Source: Styela clava (lineage: Eukaryota). Taken from it: DNA of 64,000 nucleotides. Location: contig NC_135261.1 of the NCBI RefSeq assembly GCF_964204865.1, forward strand, positions 8,122,001-8,186,000, written 5' to 3'. The notes under the pieces were generated by a model that did no database searches, was not told the DNA's origin, and was given only the letters and a program-made list of their open reading frames with translations. This document shows, piece by piece, positions 1 to 11,589 of the stretch. Every line of letters begins with the position of its first letter. Position 1 is the first letter of the stretch. A program made the position numbers and the translations under genes.

Positions 1-343
1 ACACAGCAGCAGAAGCGAGGAGAGTCATCAGCCGAAGATTGATGCACTTGGCCATGACAGCCAAAGATAACGCAAAAAGACCTCTAGTCATATGATAAAG
101 GTTTGATAATAGATCAATTGTATCTGGAGATTTTTGAAAATAATCTGAAGCGACATCATTTACAAATCCAAATATGCCTTGACTGAAGTTGTCCAAAAAC
201 ACAATTCCAGATATGATGCACAAAATACCCCATTTTTTATAAGATATGAATCCAGTTCTTCCTTTCGCTACTAAACCGGTCCTAACAGATATATTATTTG
301 AGATAGAGCTTGCTGGCTTCTCTTCATCCATCCCCTTATACAT
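1..343 (-). CDS. MFS transporter, SLC49/FLVCR-like, N-terminal part (runs off the window's left edge)
   Basis: Not in the ORF track because it is open-ended. ATG at 343 (or 331) reads MYKGMDEEKP...SYKKWGILCIISGIVFLDNFSQGIFGFVNDVASDYFQKSPDTIDLLSNLYHMTRGLFALSLAVMAKCINLRLMTLLASAAV with no stop. This matches the FLVCR/SLC49 TM1-TM3 pattern (Y-K-x-W-x-I-L...N...I-D-x-L-S...L-R). Confidence 0.7.
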   Translation of the reverse strand, partial: MYKGMDEEKPASSISNNISVRTGLVAKGRTGFISYKKWGILCIISGIVFLDNFSQGIFGFVNDVASDYFQKSPDTIDLLSNLYHMTRGLFALSLAVMAKCINLRLMTLLASAAV

Positions 344-715
344 AAGTGTAATGAAATTATGAATATCAGGCAAAATCACTTTTAATTGATTAATTATATT
401 CGCGACGATGTAATGCAAACGTCATATTATTTCCTGTTCTGCTTATCACGTATAATATTACAACGGTAAGTATAACGAATATAGAGTATGTGTATATGGC
501 GACAATATTTAAAAATCTTTCCCGGTAAGCATTCAGACACTTGTTTTTGGTTCCACTGGACTCCAACAGTCACTGAATGATACGAAAAGTGACTACATAA
601 CAGATTCAATTACATCTGCAGTGCAGGGTATAGGCCTAATATCATATATCCAGCGTACGAGATGCACAGATCTTTTTGATAAATGTTTTATTCTGTAGGC
701 TATACTTTATATATA

Positions 716-1057
716 CAGGGTGGCCCCAAAGTAGGTTTGTAGTTTTCATTTAGGCACTTTTAAAGTTCAAGAATGCGTACAGTCTCAGCATTTTCATACT
801 TTCAATATTTCTTTAATATCCATTTTCTTTGCTCTTCATTTAAATTATTTGCCATTAACCCTCAAATAAAATAACGATTTACAAAATGTATTACTTTCCA
901 AGCAGCTAGAAAACTAATGTAAAATTCACACTAGAGTTATTATCTGAAAAACAAGCAATTTTTGTGGTACTTAACAAGTAACATAAAGTGAACTGCAAGT
1001 AGCTTCAAAGCATATAAAATAGTTTAATAACTGTATACCTATTTTTGGGCCACCCTG
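716..1057. mobile_element. Tc1/mariner-type MITE (~340 bp)
   Basis: TIRs CAGGGTGGCCCCAAAGTAGGT (716) and ACCTATTTTTGGGCCACCCTG (ends 1057). Both ends abut TA within TA-dinucleotide runs; no coding capacity. Confidence 0.8.
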
Positions 1058-3348
1058 TATATATATATATATACATATATCAATTGTCTCAAAGCCAGCT
1101 CAACTCAGTGGAAAGTCATTACCAATTTTGAAATTGTCTACAAATGTAGATAAATTATCACGAATTAATCATGGTTGCATAAAGAGTGGCCCATATGCTT
1201 CCATGCATCGCATTGTAACGATATTTGAGGTTCAAGTCAACGCGCCATGTCGGAGCGAGTAAGATATCACAGCCAATGGATGCTTCCTCGACCGTTGAAC
1301 CAAGGAAAATTTTTCTTATACTTTACCACTGCAAAATTTTTGGTGCTCATTTTTAGAGTGGTTTTGGGAGATGGCGCCATAAACCGGTTTATATCTTTCA
1401 AACTATCATTTTGATTCAAAACATTCAACAACTTGTCTATCAAAAGTACCGACAGAAATGTTTAGCCGAGTCAATCACAGACAAATTGATCATTGCGTTA
1501 TATATATTTTGTTTTATGCTTAAAATTTCGAAACACGACTAAAATTAAAAAAATACCACGAAAAAGCACGAAACGAGGTAATATTTACAACCATGCTATG
1601 TCTTAGTGACCAAAGTGTCTGAGCGCTGTTAAAAAGATCTATTGTTACGTCACTTTTTGCATATTGATGATTACCCAATGGTATCGAAGTAAATAAGGAA
1701 GTCGATATGCGGGTAAACATCTATGAATCCCGAAGTCTGAAATATTTACGGCGTTGAACTTCCTACACCATCCGCGCTTCTTGGATTAGAAACAAAGACG
1801 TTGTGTGGTTCACCATATGACTATGCAGTCTATGGTCTCCAATCGGTTGATTGAATACTTAAATCTTATATCAATACCCCACATAAAGACGTAGTACCAT
1901 GTCCGTACTCATTTTAGTTCGCGCCCCACGAAATGGAAATAAATGCCTTACTGAAACTTTGAATTTCAATTTCCAGCATTCGCTTGCAATAGCAATGGGC
2001 CGTTCAATTTGCTACTGTAGTGTATATTATATATATATATATAATAGGGTTCATTTTCAACAAAATGTTAAAAGGCATGTACTTGCCAAATTATTGTGCC
2101 AAATTGTGATTTTCTTGTAGCGGGAAAATAGACTCGAAATAATTGTTGCGCCCAGTTAATTTGATTTTACCAAGAGTCATGACTCAATGTCAGATTTTTT
2201 ATTGACCCTGTTTCGGATTGAACTTTTCTGAGATTCCACGGCCCTGGATGAAATACCCTTTATCGTTGTCACACAATTTGGTATACAGCAATTCATTTAT
2301 GGTTGTGGTGATAATGAAAGATTGAATTAGAATGGATTCGTGGATAGATAATGGCGTAGATATTATTATTCACAGCCCGTTTTTGAACCCAAAGGTTGAG
2401 ATTTGTGAATTTTGGAATCTTCGGAGTCCGATAACATTTTTTCTGACCTATAGCTTTGGTCGCGATCGTCGACAAGCAAATATAACTCAAAACCACAATC
2501 ATGCACATATCTATACTTTTTTTTCTTGATAACTTCATAACCAATCGGCGATCCCTCTTCATGAAACATGATTATTACTGGTCCTATGTCTATTGATATG
2601 AGGAATAATTCATGATGCTTCGAAAAGCGACGTGGGACGTGCTAACGGCGCAATGTCTAAAATTTCTAGCTTTTTTAATCCTGTAGATTGTAGAACACTA
2701 GCACACCGTTCCCTAGAAGATAACAAAATAAACTAATAGACTTCAAGAAATGGCAAAATTTCTTTATCATGAAGTAATGTTTAATATGAACAAAAATATT
2801 GAATAAGAAGATAAAAGTATTTATGTTTTTTCTTTGAAATATTTTGTGAATTGATTCGCCATCTTTGTATGAGGATGCTTCTCTTGTCCTGGGTGCTGAC
2901 TAGCGCGTTTTGATATTCTGTCTTTCGCAATTCAATACATGAACACTAGCCTTCATGTCCTCATTGCAAACTGCTTATTGGGCTTATATGAATATTTCTA
3001 CTTGATCTGTGGTTGTTTGATTTTTTCAACAATGCTTTTTTTAGATACCTGGTACTGAAATTGAACGTCGCCCCACAATATACTACTTCTTTTTCTTAAA
3101 TTGGTCAGATACCATTGTGCGACACAAGTCACAAAACATACATGAACCAAACCGGTGAAACAGCAACCAACGAACCTACGCATGCTCATATAAACAGCTC
3201 CATGTGCGTCTATATACTTTAAAGATCGTTGAAAAACAGTGTGTTTGGTGTGAATAAAATTTACGTTTCACGATAAACGATGTGCATAAATGTTAAGTAA
3301 TGATTACTGCATATCAAATTACATATTTAATATATCATTGTTTTATTG

Positions 3349-3849
3349 TCACTGAACTTTCATAACAATTTGTTGCATCCCGACTCCAACGACACCTTCT
3401 TTTTGTAGAGACTGAAAGTGTGTTACAGTGCCGTCTATGTCTACATTCAATTCTGTTCTGTATCGTTTTGATGGCTGATCGTTTCCATTAACCAACACTG
3501 CCTTCCATAGTATTGACAAATCCATATCATCTTGTTTTGAGTGCTCGTCAGCTACGTCCGTTTGGGTAGATTTGGTATCGGTTTCTAGTTGTTTTTCCAT
3601 GGTTACATTCAAATTGTTGAGCTGAGTATTGGCGGCATCCTCCGAAGAGGCGATTTCGTTCGTTGGAAGATTTTGGTCATTTTGGGTTGTTGACTGTTCT
3701 TTTTCTGTGTTTATTTTATCTTCTGAAATTTCTAAATTTTCTTGATCGGTCCTCGGTTTATTATTCCAGAGTAGAAATGCCAAGGCCGTAGCTACCACGG
3801 CGAGTGTAATTTCGAGAAATAGTGAATAAGATGGCTCGTTTTCTGCCAT
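3349..3849 (-). CDS. Uncharacterised single-pass membrane protein, 166 aa, single coding exon
   Basis: ATG-initiated ORF with an N-terminal hydrophobic anchor (LFLEITLAVVATALAFLLW), an acidic/Q/N/T-rich linker and a short C-terminal beta-like segment. An acceptor-like ATTTCATAG lies about 22 nt upstream of the ATG. Confidence 0.6.
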   Translation of the reverse strand: MAENEPSYSLFLEITLAVVATALAFLLWNNKPRTDQENLEISEDKINTEKEQSTTQNDQNLPTNEIASSEDAANTQLNNLNVTMEKQLETDTKSTQTDVADEHSKQDDMDLSILWKAVLVNGNDQPSKRYRTELNVDIDGTVTHFQSLQKEGVVGVGMQQIVMKVQ

Positions 3850-6800
3850 TCCGCCCCGATTACGGTTATGACTATGAAATAATAGTTTTCTGTTTAATTT
3901 GTAAATAGAAGTAAATAATTAGGAAAATATATAAATCACATTTATTACATAATAAAAGTATAATCAATGGGTATACATATAATATTCTTTCAGTGAAAAT
4001 AAAAAGCAAACAATTCTTAACATTAGCCGTTATAGAAAAGCTGGTAGCCAGAGCACAAATTTGCATATTTGCGTAAATTTGGTCAGATTACGTCACGTTT
4101 GTCGGCTACTTGGCAAAATTCAGCTCAGTTAGGTACTTTTCATAACTTTCGTTCCTCATATAGTTCGTTCATTTTTCGTGAAACGATTTATAAAGGGTGA
4201 AGTCTAGTTTGATATTTTTACGTGGAAGCTCGATCTGGCATTATAGTATCTTGCCAATAAGAAAGTGTTATTCACCGAATTAATTGTTGTCTCAGTTCAA
4301 CACCAAGTCGTAGACTCGAAAACTCAAAATCGTGTAACGTGGTTGATTAGTTCCTGCTTTTGGAACGATTACCTGGATAGGTATTCGCACGTAGACTGGT
4401 AACATACATATCATACGCCGTGGGATAAAACAGAACAACAGTAATAGTATACGGTCTCTGAACACCATCACAAAATCAGATGCAGCCAGTAATTCAGCGA
4501 GAAACTTGCTCTTTGAATAACGGCATAATACCGAAATTCCACGAAAAAATATCGAGCCTTCCAATCTTTTATTATCGAATGTAAAGTAAATACTGAAGCT
4601 AGCTGTCGTAAAAGAATACGAAATATGACTAAAACCACCGTACCAATAATGCAACACATTCTTCACACCCCCTAATGTTGAAAATTGTTCGTTCGTGCCA
4701 TTTTCTCGCTGAGGGTGTGTACATTTGATGCTATTAGGTACAAATATACATTCGTTTAAATATTCTTGTCGCAAACTGCATTCCCCAAAATAGGCAAAAT
4801 TTTATTCTCGAAAACATACTACATTCTGCAAAGAATCTATACTCTATAATAAGTAGTTCGTAGTACAGTTAACTGATGATCAACATTTATGCTATAACGA
4901 AATATTACAGACTAAAGAGTATAAATTATTCATAATTTGGAAACCTTTATTCTTAGTTGATAATTACATTGTCGTTGCGTGACTTTTCTACGTTATTATA
5001 AGAGCATTTAAAAAGTTCATATATTGACACCCAAATTATCTGGAACGATGGATGAAAAGAGTTCAAAAAGTTTGATTAAATAATTAAGTTCCATTTATTT
5101 TCGGAAATATCATAACGGCATAGACATCGGATATCAGTCACACAGGCCACAGCATAACAATTTGCTACACCTATTTTCGAGATAGACTATCGGTACCTGT
5201 CCTACCATAATCAAACTGGTCCAAAATTTGCAATCGCATTTTGTCTCCGCAGAACTAATCAGCCTATTAAGTCAATACTACCATCTCTGCTCTTTGATAA
5301 CCAGCAGTGTGAAAGCAACCAGCAGTGAAAGTATTGCTTACGTCGCAATTCACCAAACGCAATTCTGTGTGAAACCGATGTGACCGGGTTTATCCAAGCG
5401 AATCCAACGAGTGATCATGTCGCAGGAATAACCTTGGTTGAACTGTAAAATTTAGGTCGCTGCAATATTGATGAAACGGACAGACTTGGCATTTCGTTTC
5501 TCAACGCTGCTGACGAGAAAGTCATAGAGAAATCTAATATATGGTATAGCAATTTAAACGACGTGCCTACCTAGCGATTTTGAATAATAGCTAATAAGTG
5601 ATAACTCGCCTCAAAGTCTGAATATCTCTCCTGAATAAATCAACTAATTAAACCTAGGACTGGAATTTGATAGGAAAGAAAAGCTATTCTAAATTAGAAA
5701 TTTGAATCCGCGAAATGCCTCTGGGATATAAACAGCAGTTAAAAATATTACCTATTAAAACCAAGCATGTCAATTTTGTTGTTAGAAAGCCTTAACTGAA
5801 ATACATCGTACATTTCCAGGTTGGCGAATATTTCACTAGTTGTGAAAAAATATAGTACAGAACTCAGAAATAACCTTCCACAGTATACTATTCAATTAAG
5901 AACAGAGCTTGCTATTATATATTTAAATGTACCAAACTGTGACTATAACACAGCGTAGTATGACGTCAACCTTTCGACTTTGACGACAAGCAGCCAGAGA
6001 TGAACGTCAAATATGTCCTTTCACGAATACGAGAAAGGTCTTCAAATTTGTATTATGTATCGCAGTAAAAAATCTCATTCGGTTTATACGCTTTGTCTAA
6101 AAGAAAATAAGATAGTAAAACAGTAATATCTCAACTTTATTTAACGTTTCTGTCTACCAATATATACAGCTAAACACTTTGACTGTCCGATCGCACTGAT
6201 TGCGAAATCACTCTGTCTCTTTATCGATGTTATGCAATAAATTTATACACGAATATATGTAAACATTTCATTAGTATCGAATTGACTGTAAACCGTATAT
6301 CTGCTGGCTGCTGCTATGTTGAAAAATCTATAATTTACTCAACATCCCACTCGATATAAAAGGGAACGTGCATGTTCCTCCGTTGCTTTTTGTTTTGCAC
6401 CATAAATGTATTTATCCAGTGGGTTAAACGAGAATGTTTTATTTATTCCAAAATTGTCACAGCGAAATGGTCATATCAATACATTTAAATTATATCATAA
6501 TGCCTCTGTACATTGTAAAGATTGCTTACAATAAGAATAACATGACTCTTTGTCTTACCTAACAAAAGTGAACACTGCGCTTGTCTGTAATAACTGCAAC
6601 AGGAAGTGACGTGAAACAAAACGTTTGGTATTGTCATTTATTGAGTGCATGAGAATGTCGCACGTTGTCATTATTTCGGTTTTGGCATGATATATTATAT
6701 TACATAAAACTTTTAAGGAAATTGTGTTGAAGATAATAGTAATGATTGCAAATGAATATATGGATATGTCATTCGTGCTATGATAGGGAAAATAAAAAAT

Positions 6801-7452
6801 GATTTTTGTGTGTACAATTGATGGATATGATATCAGAAAATGAGCCAGAATCATGCACTCAATATTATCCTTCATATTTAATTACGTTTATAAATTATGT
6901 TATGTCCAATCGTCAATGTATTAATTTGAATACACTGGCTCCAACCTTTTGAAATAAATAACGTTCTCTTCTGTCACTAGGTGCGATAATGTGATACTGA
7001 ATGTATAGGTATATCGAAATACAATATTCATTTCAAAATGTAAAGTATAATGAAATTGATCAAGCAAATTTAAAGCGATTACTTTTTCCTCGACCGTGCA
7101 AAATGTTATTGAACAAAGCAATTCGTCCAGTTGTTCCAGAATTATATAGGCCTACACAGTGTTTGCAGTATTCTAAATCGGCTCCATTTATATGTTAATT
7201 ATGGTGATCTCTCAATAAATCCTAATTGGATACGAACATGTGCTTCAAATTTTCATCAACCAAAGACTGAAGAAGTTGTCAGAAGTTTATTGCATTCAAT
7301 TATCTACTTCAATTCGCTGTTTTTGTTAAAGTTCTTTTAAAGTACTGCCCAATTCTAAATCGCGTTTTTCTGTGTTTGTTTTATTTATTCTTCGGTGGGC
7401 CGATGATTGATTGATTGTTGACGAGAAAGGACATGAAGAAGAACAACATAAC

Positions 7453-7565
7453 TAGGGCTGGGCATTTCGAATCGAATATCCGAATCAAATCGAATAGTGA
7501 GTTATTGGAATCTGCTCAGACGAAAATTTCGAATCGCCGCCATCTCGGAATTACTCGGAAGTAGG
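7453..7565 (+). mobile_element. Solo end of a DNA-transposon/MITE (TAGGGCTGGGCA terminus, hAT-like)
   Basis: TAGGGCTGGGCATTTCGAATCGAATATCCGAATCAAATCGAATAG carries repeated CGAAT subterminal motifs; no matching right TIR was found nearby. Confidence 0.45.
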
Positions 7566-8190
7566 TCATTAATTTTTTGTCCAAATTTTGAATGTTAATT
7601 TTTTTCTTGACAAGATTTAATGTACATGGATGGAATTTAAGAACCCCGAATAAATCACGGTAAACCAAAAATGTTACGGATTAGCAAACAATGTTAAACA
7701 CTATTCGCAAGAACTGCATGGATGTTTGACATCAAGTTCTCTCGTTATACAGTACTGTGTTTGTAATAATTCTGTGTTTTATAATTAATGCGAATGCGAC
7801 CAAGACAAGCGTAGACTCAGATCGCTCATGCGTGAAAACAAAACAAGCAAATCCTCTCGAGTTGCCGACGATTAGAAGATATTTTGTTCCATCGCAGCGT
7901 TTGGCAATGCCAATCTGTAGCTAGTATATAATATGTAAACCAGTATAATGTTTTATCCCATTACTAGTACAGAAATGTGACTGCCTATCGGTATAATTTC
8001 CTTGTAGAGTTAGTAGATATGTGAGGTGTTGGCACAAGATAGATGAGCATACTATCGCATCTCACCGTTTTGTGTATGTACCGGTACCTTAATTAAAGTA
8101 CCTTTGATTCAAAATTTTAGGTTAGAATTTACTTTGTATCCCTACCGCACACCTACTGTGATTGGTTACTTGGGGGAAACACTACCTACC

Positions 8191-9051
8191 ATGGAATCCA
8201 GCAATTTTATTGACTTATATTCAGGGGAAAGTTTAGCTGAAAAATATTTGAAATATCGACCTTCCTACCCTAAACACATAGCCGAAACTATTATCGACCA
8301 ACTCAAAAAATCGGGCGCTAGACAGTCTGAAAATGGAAAATTTTCGCGCATGCTAGATGTTGGTTGTGGCAGTGGGCAAGCCACTTTCGGATTTTCTCCT
8401 TACTTTGATTCCATCCTTGCGCTGGATATCAGCGCCGATCAAATCAAAATGGGTAAAAAAGACAATAAATGCGACAACGTATCATTTCAGCAAATGTTTG
8501 ACAAGTATCTACCAGTCGAAGACGAATCAGTGGATTTCATGAACTGTGCTTCAGCAGCACATTTGTTTGACATCAAGTACTTTACTGAGGAATGTCAGCG
8601 CGTACTGAAACCGAATGGTTGTGTCGCGATTTACTTTCGCAGTATAAAATCAATAATGACAATTCCTGTAAAGCCTGCTCCAAACCAAGAAGAACTTAAT
8701 TTGAAACTTCACGGATTAAATTTTCAGTTTCTCCGAAGTGTTGGAATGCATCCCAGTATGGAAATTTGCGAAAGGAAATATGTACCTATCTTCGAGCAGA
8801 TCCCAGCATCGTCGAAGGTCTGGCTCCCTGGTTTGGAATTTTTCGTTGAATGGACGCTGAAAGAATACCGTCACTTTCGAACTACTAATGGCGAGTACCA
8901 TAAGTTCATGGAAACAAACCCTCCAAATGATCCATTAAATGAAGCAATGAATAATATAAAACAATTGCTTAATGTTGAAGGACAAAGTGAAGAACAAATC
9001 AAGACTAGAGTCACTTGGGATGTCCCTACTATTATCTTTAAAAAGGAATGA
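8191..9051 (+). CDS. Class I SAM-dependent methyltransferase (Methyltransf_11-type, trans-aconitate MTase-like family), 286 aa, intronless CDS
   Basis: Y-x-K-Y-R-P-S-Y-P N-terminal motif, motif I LDVGCGSGQAT, DISADQI, SVDFMNCASAAHLFD and RVLKPNG. First ATG is at 8191 (the ORF track starts at TTG 8104); acceptor-like AAAATTTTAG ends at 8120. Confidence 0.9.
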   Translation: MESSNFIDLYSGESLAEKYLKYRPSYPKHIAETIIDQLKKSGARQSENGKFSRMLDVGCGSGQATFGFSPYFDSILALDISADQIKMGKKDNKCDNVSFQQMFDKYLPVEDESVDFMNCASAAHLFDIKYFTEECQRVLKPNGCVAIYFRSIKSIMTIPVKPAPNQEELNLKLHGLNFQFLRSVGMHPSMEICERKYVPIFEQIPASSKVWLPGLEFFVEWTLKEYRHFRTTNGEYHKFMETNPPNDPLNEAMNNIKQLLNVEGQSEEQIKTRVTWDVPTIIFKKE

Positions 9052-10459
9052 ATCTGTTGGGATTTTATTGGTAATGTTTGATAGTTTATTCGTTCGATTA
9101 AAATGCATTTTGAAATGTAGTTCGTTACTAAAATGTGCCGTATTTTGAAAATTGACAACATCGAGACCGCGAATTAAATGCACGTACGTCATGCACCCTC
9201 AATATTTCTAAATGGTTGAAAAGTTGAAAATATTTTATTTTTCTTCAATTTTGACTTTGATGATTTTTGCCAAATAGTTGTATATCACAACATTCGTATT
9301 TACAATAATCACTAACATTAGTTTGAAACATTTCTGAAGATGTTAAAGATATATATGTTTATGTAAAATACAAGCAACCGGAGCAAATTAATGAATTCTG
9401 TTTTATCTTGGGTGGTTGTGATTCATGTGTGCATGAAAACAGGGATTCGGATACATATGAATCTTTTCATGAGTTCAAAAGAGTATGGGAAGCTGTCAAA
9501 CATATTTTCACCAATTCAGCCAAAGACAGATTAAGCTGTTTACTGTTCTACCTCGGCCATCGCTGTATATTAAGTTTCAAATTACCTACTACTACCCCAA
9601 GTCGAACTTATATGAATGGCGAGAAGCATGTGATTTCATTTAAGATATTTATATATCTCCAAATTCAATATAAAATCAGCGACTCTAATTCGTGTATTCT
9701 TAGAGACCATACCAAGCCCGGCGGTCTAATAAGCTATTGCGGGGCCCCATGCAAAACGGATTCGCGGATTCTGTATGGGTAAACGGGTCCTCTGCGAACA
9801 GGTGGCCTAAGGTCGGTTTTCAATCATGCTTTATACAGCAGTGTACTAAAAGGTCAGAAACATATTTGAAATAACACACAAAACAAAAATGAAAAAGTAA
9901 TAACGGGACAAACACTATTTCAACAAACTCATTGGAAGCATTGCATGAATTTTCTGAGTTAATGAGTCATATACATGATTGTTACGTCACAAGTGAATCA
10001 TAAAACAAATGATTGATTAATCTGTGTATTGAAAGCACAATTGTTTTATCGGACAACGCTACAAAATTAAATGGTATGGTAAATGGCCTATATTCAAATT
10101 TGTATTTCATATTTGTATTTCAGTTCTTCATCTATTGAAAGAGGTCAAGGTTGAATCATCAACCTTTTGCATTAAAAACATGAAAAATCAAAGACGACAA
10201 GCCCATAAGATTCGAGGACTTGTCAGTTCGACTATGGGTGCGGCTGTTATTTATCGAATATTCGATATAATATGTTAATATACGTGAAAATGCTTGAGAT
10301 ACAATAGAAAATATCAAGTAGTAAAGAAGTGTACTGTGACAACCGAGTTTCAAATACCGAACCGTTATTTTAATGTCTTGCTTCATTTTGTATCAGTCTT
10401 AGTTATATTATTATATCAATAGTTTTACATTAATATACAAGTCGGGCGATTTCTTTGTT

Positions 10460-11068
10460 TTAATCGCCATATTGGTTTTTATCGCGATCGACGTCAGGAA
10501 TGGGTTCTTCCCTATTGTGGCAGAAGCCATTTTCATTCCATTCATTATGCTCTTCTGCTTCTTCGATATATTCGTTCCCAGTGCATCCGAGGACATCATC
10601 AATGACTTTTGCGCTACAGTAATGCATTCTGCAATCGAACTTAGTCCCGGCATTCGAACGAATATCGTATTTTATATTCTCATCATCGTCATAATCAAAT
10701 TCAGCGTCTTCATCGAATCGGCAAAGATAATTATCTTCTTCAATTCCAAAATCGGTTACGATTGTGAATTCAAGTTGACATTCTTCTCTGAAAACTTTCC
10801 TACGTTGTTTTATATTCTTTTGACGACCTTTTCGACGATAAATCGGACTTCGTTTTTCGCGAGACTTGTCCAACTTATCATAAAAAATTTCAACATAATC
10901 ACTATATTTGCATTTTTCAGAATTCCCTTCACACTTGTCGCTTCCTGTGTCTTTAAGGCATTTTTGTCCAAACATGCACACTAGCTCCTTCTCCCTCCTT
11001 AACTTACGAATTCGTCGCGATGTAACATTTTGGTTGTTGACTTTGCCAGAGCAGTAATAAATAAGCAT
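10460..11068 (-). CDS. Cys-rich, probably secreted precursor with basic cleavage sites and Gla-domain-like motifs (202 aa; 5' end may lie in an upstream exon)
   Basis: 202-aa ORF with 11 Cys, a basic N-half (RRIRKLRR, REKR, KQRRK) and an acidic C-half. CKYSDYVEIF, CRFDEDAEFD, CTGNEYIEEA and FREEC resemble the Gla consensus LEREC...CSYEEAREVF. Confidence 0.6.
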   Translation of the reverse strand: MLIYYCSGKVNNQNVTSRRIRKLRREKELVCMFGQKCLKDTGSDKCEGNSEKCKYSDYVEIFYDKLDKSREKRSPIYRRKGRQKNIKQRRKVFREECQLEFTIVTDFGIEEDNYLCRFDEDAEFDYDDDENIKYDIRSNAGTKFDCRMHYCSAKVIDDVLGCTGNEYIEEAEEHNEWNENGFCHNREEPIPDVDRDKNQYGD

Positions 11069-11589
11069 AACAGTTGTAGAAAAAATTATTTATGAACAAC
11101 CTTTTATAGATGAAACAAAATATATACATATATATAAGTTTAGAAATTTTGTAATAAGTCAACATCGCAACCCATTATGTCTTTTTATCTGGGTTACAAA
11201 TAAAATCATGCGATATCTTCTAGTGAAATAGAAAATATGATAAAATGAACCGATAACCCAAGCAAACTTGGTTTGACCCGACACGACACGTACGTGATCT
11301 CGTACCCAAGGTGTTCCTTACTACGCGTCTACACATTTGAATGAAACTATAAAATGATGAGGCGTATGACAGGTTTAAAGAAACGAGGAAATAAGATGAT
11401 GAATTCCATTTAAAACAATGTAAAAGTAATTAGATTTGTTTTTACGTCTGGCTCATGTTCGTATCAAGAATGGTCCGCTATCTGAAAGCATGATTACGTC
11501 ATACATCCCGGGTTGTCACATTAAAATTGAATATTCAAATGAATAGTGGTGTGATTGTGAGTAGGCGTATCATATATATCACAAGATTA

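Noticed and set aside
2120-2770. Overlapping short minus-strand ORFs (2293-2562, 2366-2569) plus an upstream hydrophobic start, vaguely like a type II glycosyltransferase
   Set aside because: Several frames and stops are needed and no motif is strong enough to name a family; at best an unassignable pseudogene.
4292-4774. 160-aa minus-strand ORF
   Set aside because: Non-ATG start and no recognisable domain; probably the antisense shadow of decayed plus-strand coding sequence.
5505-5545. CTGACGA...GAAA hammerhead-like core
   Set aside because: No stem II or flanking stems; other CTGANGA hits checked also lack the helices.
10472-10984. 170-aa hydrophobic plus-strand ORF
   Set aside because: Antisense shadow of the K/E/D-rich ORF 10460-11068; its I/F-rich composition is what that complement produces.
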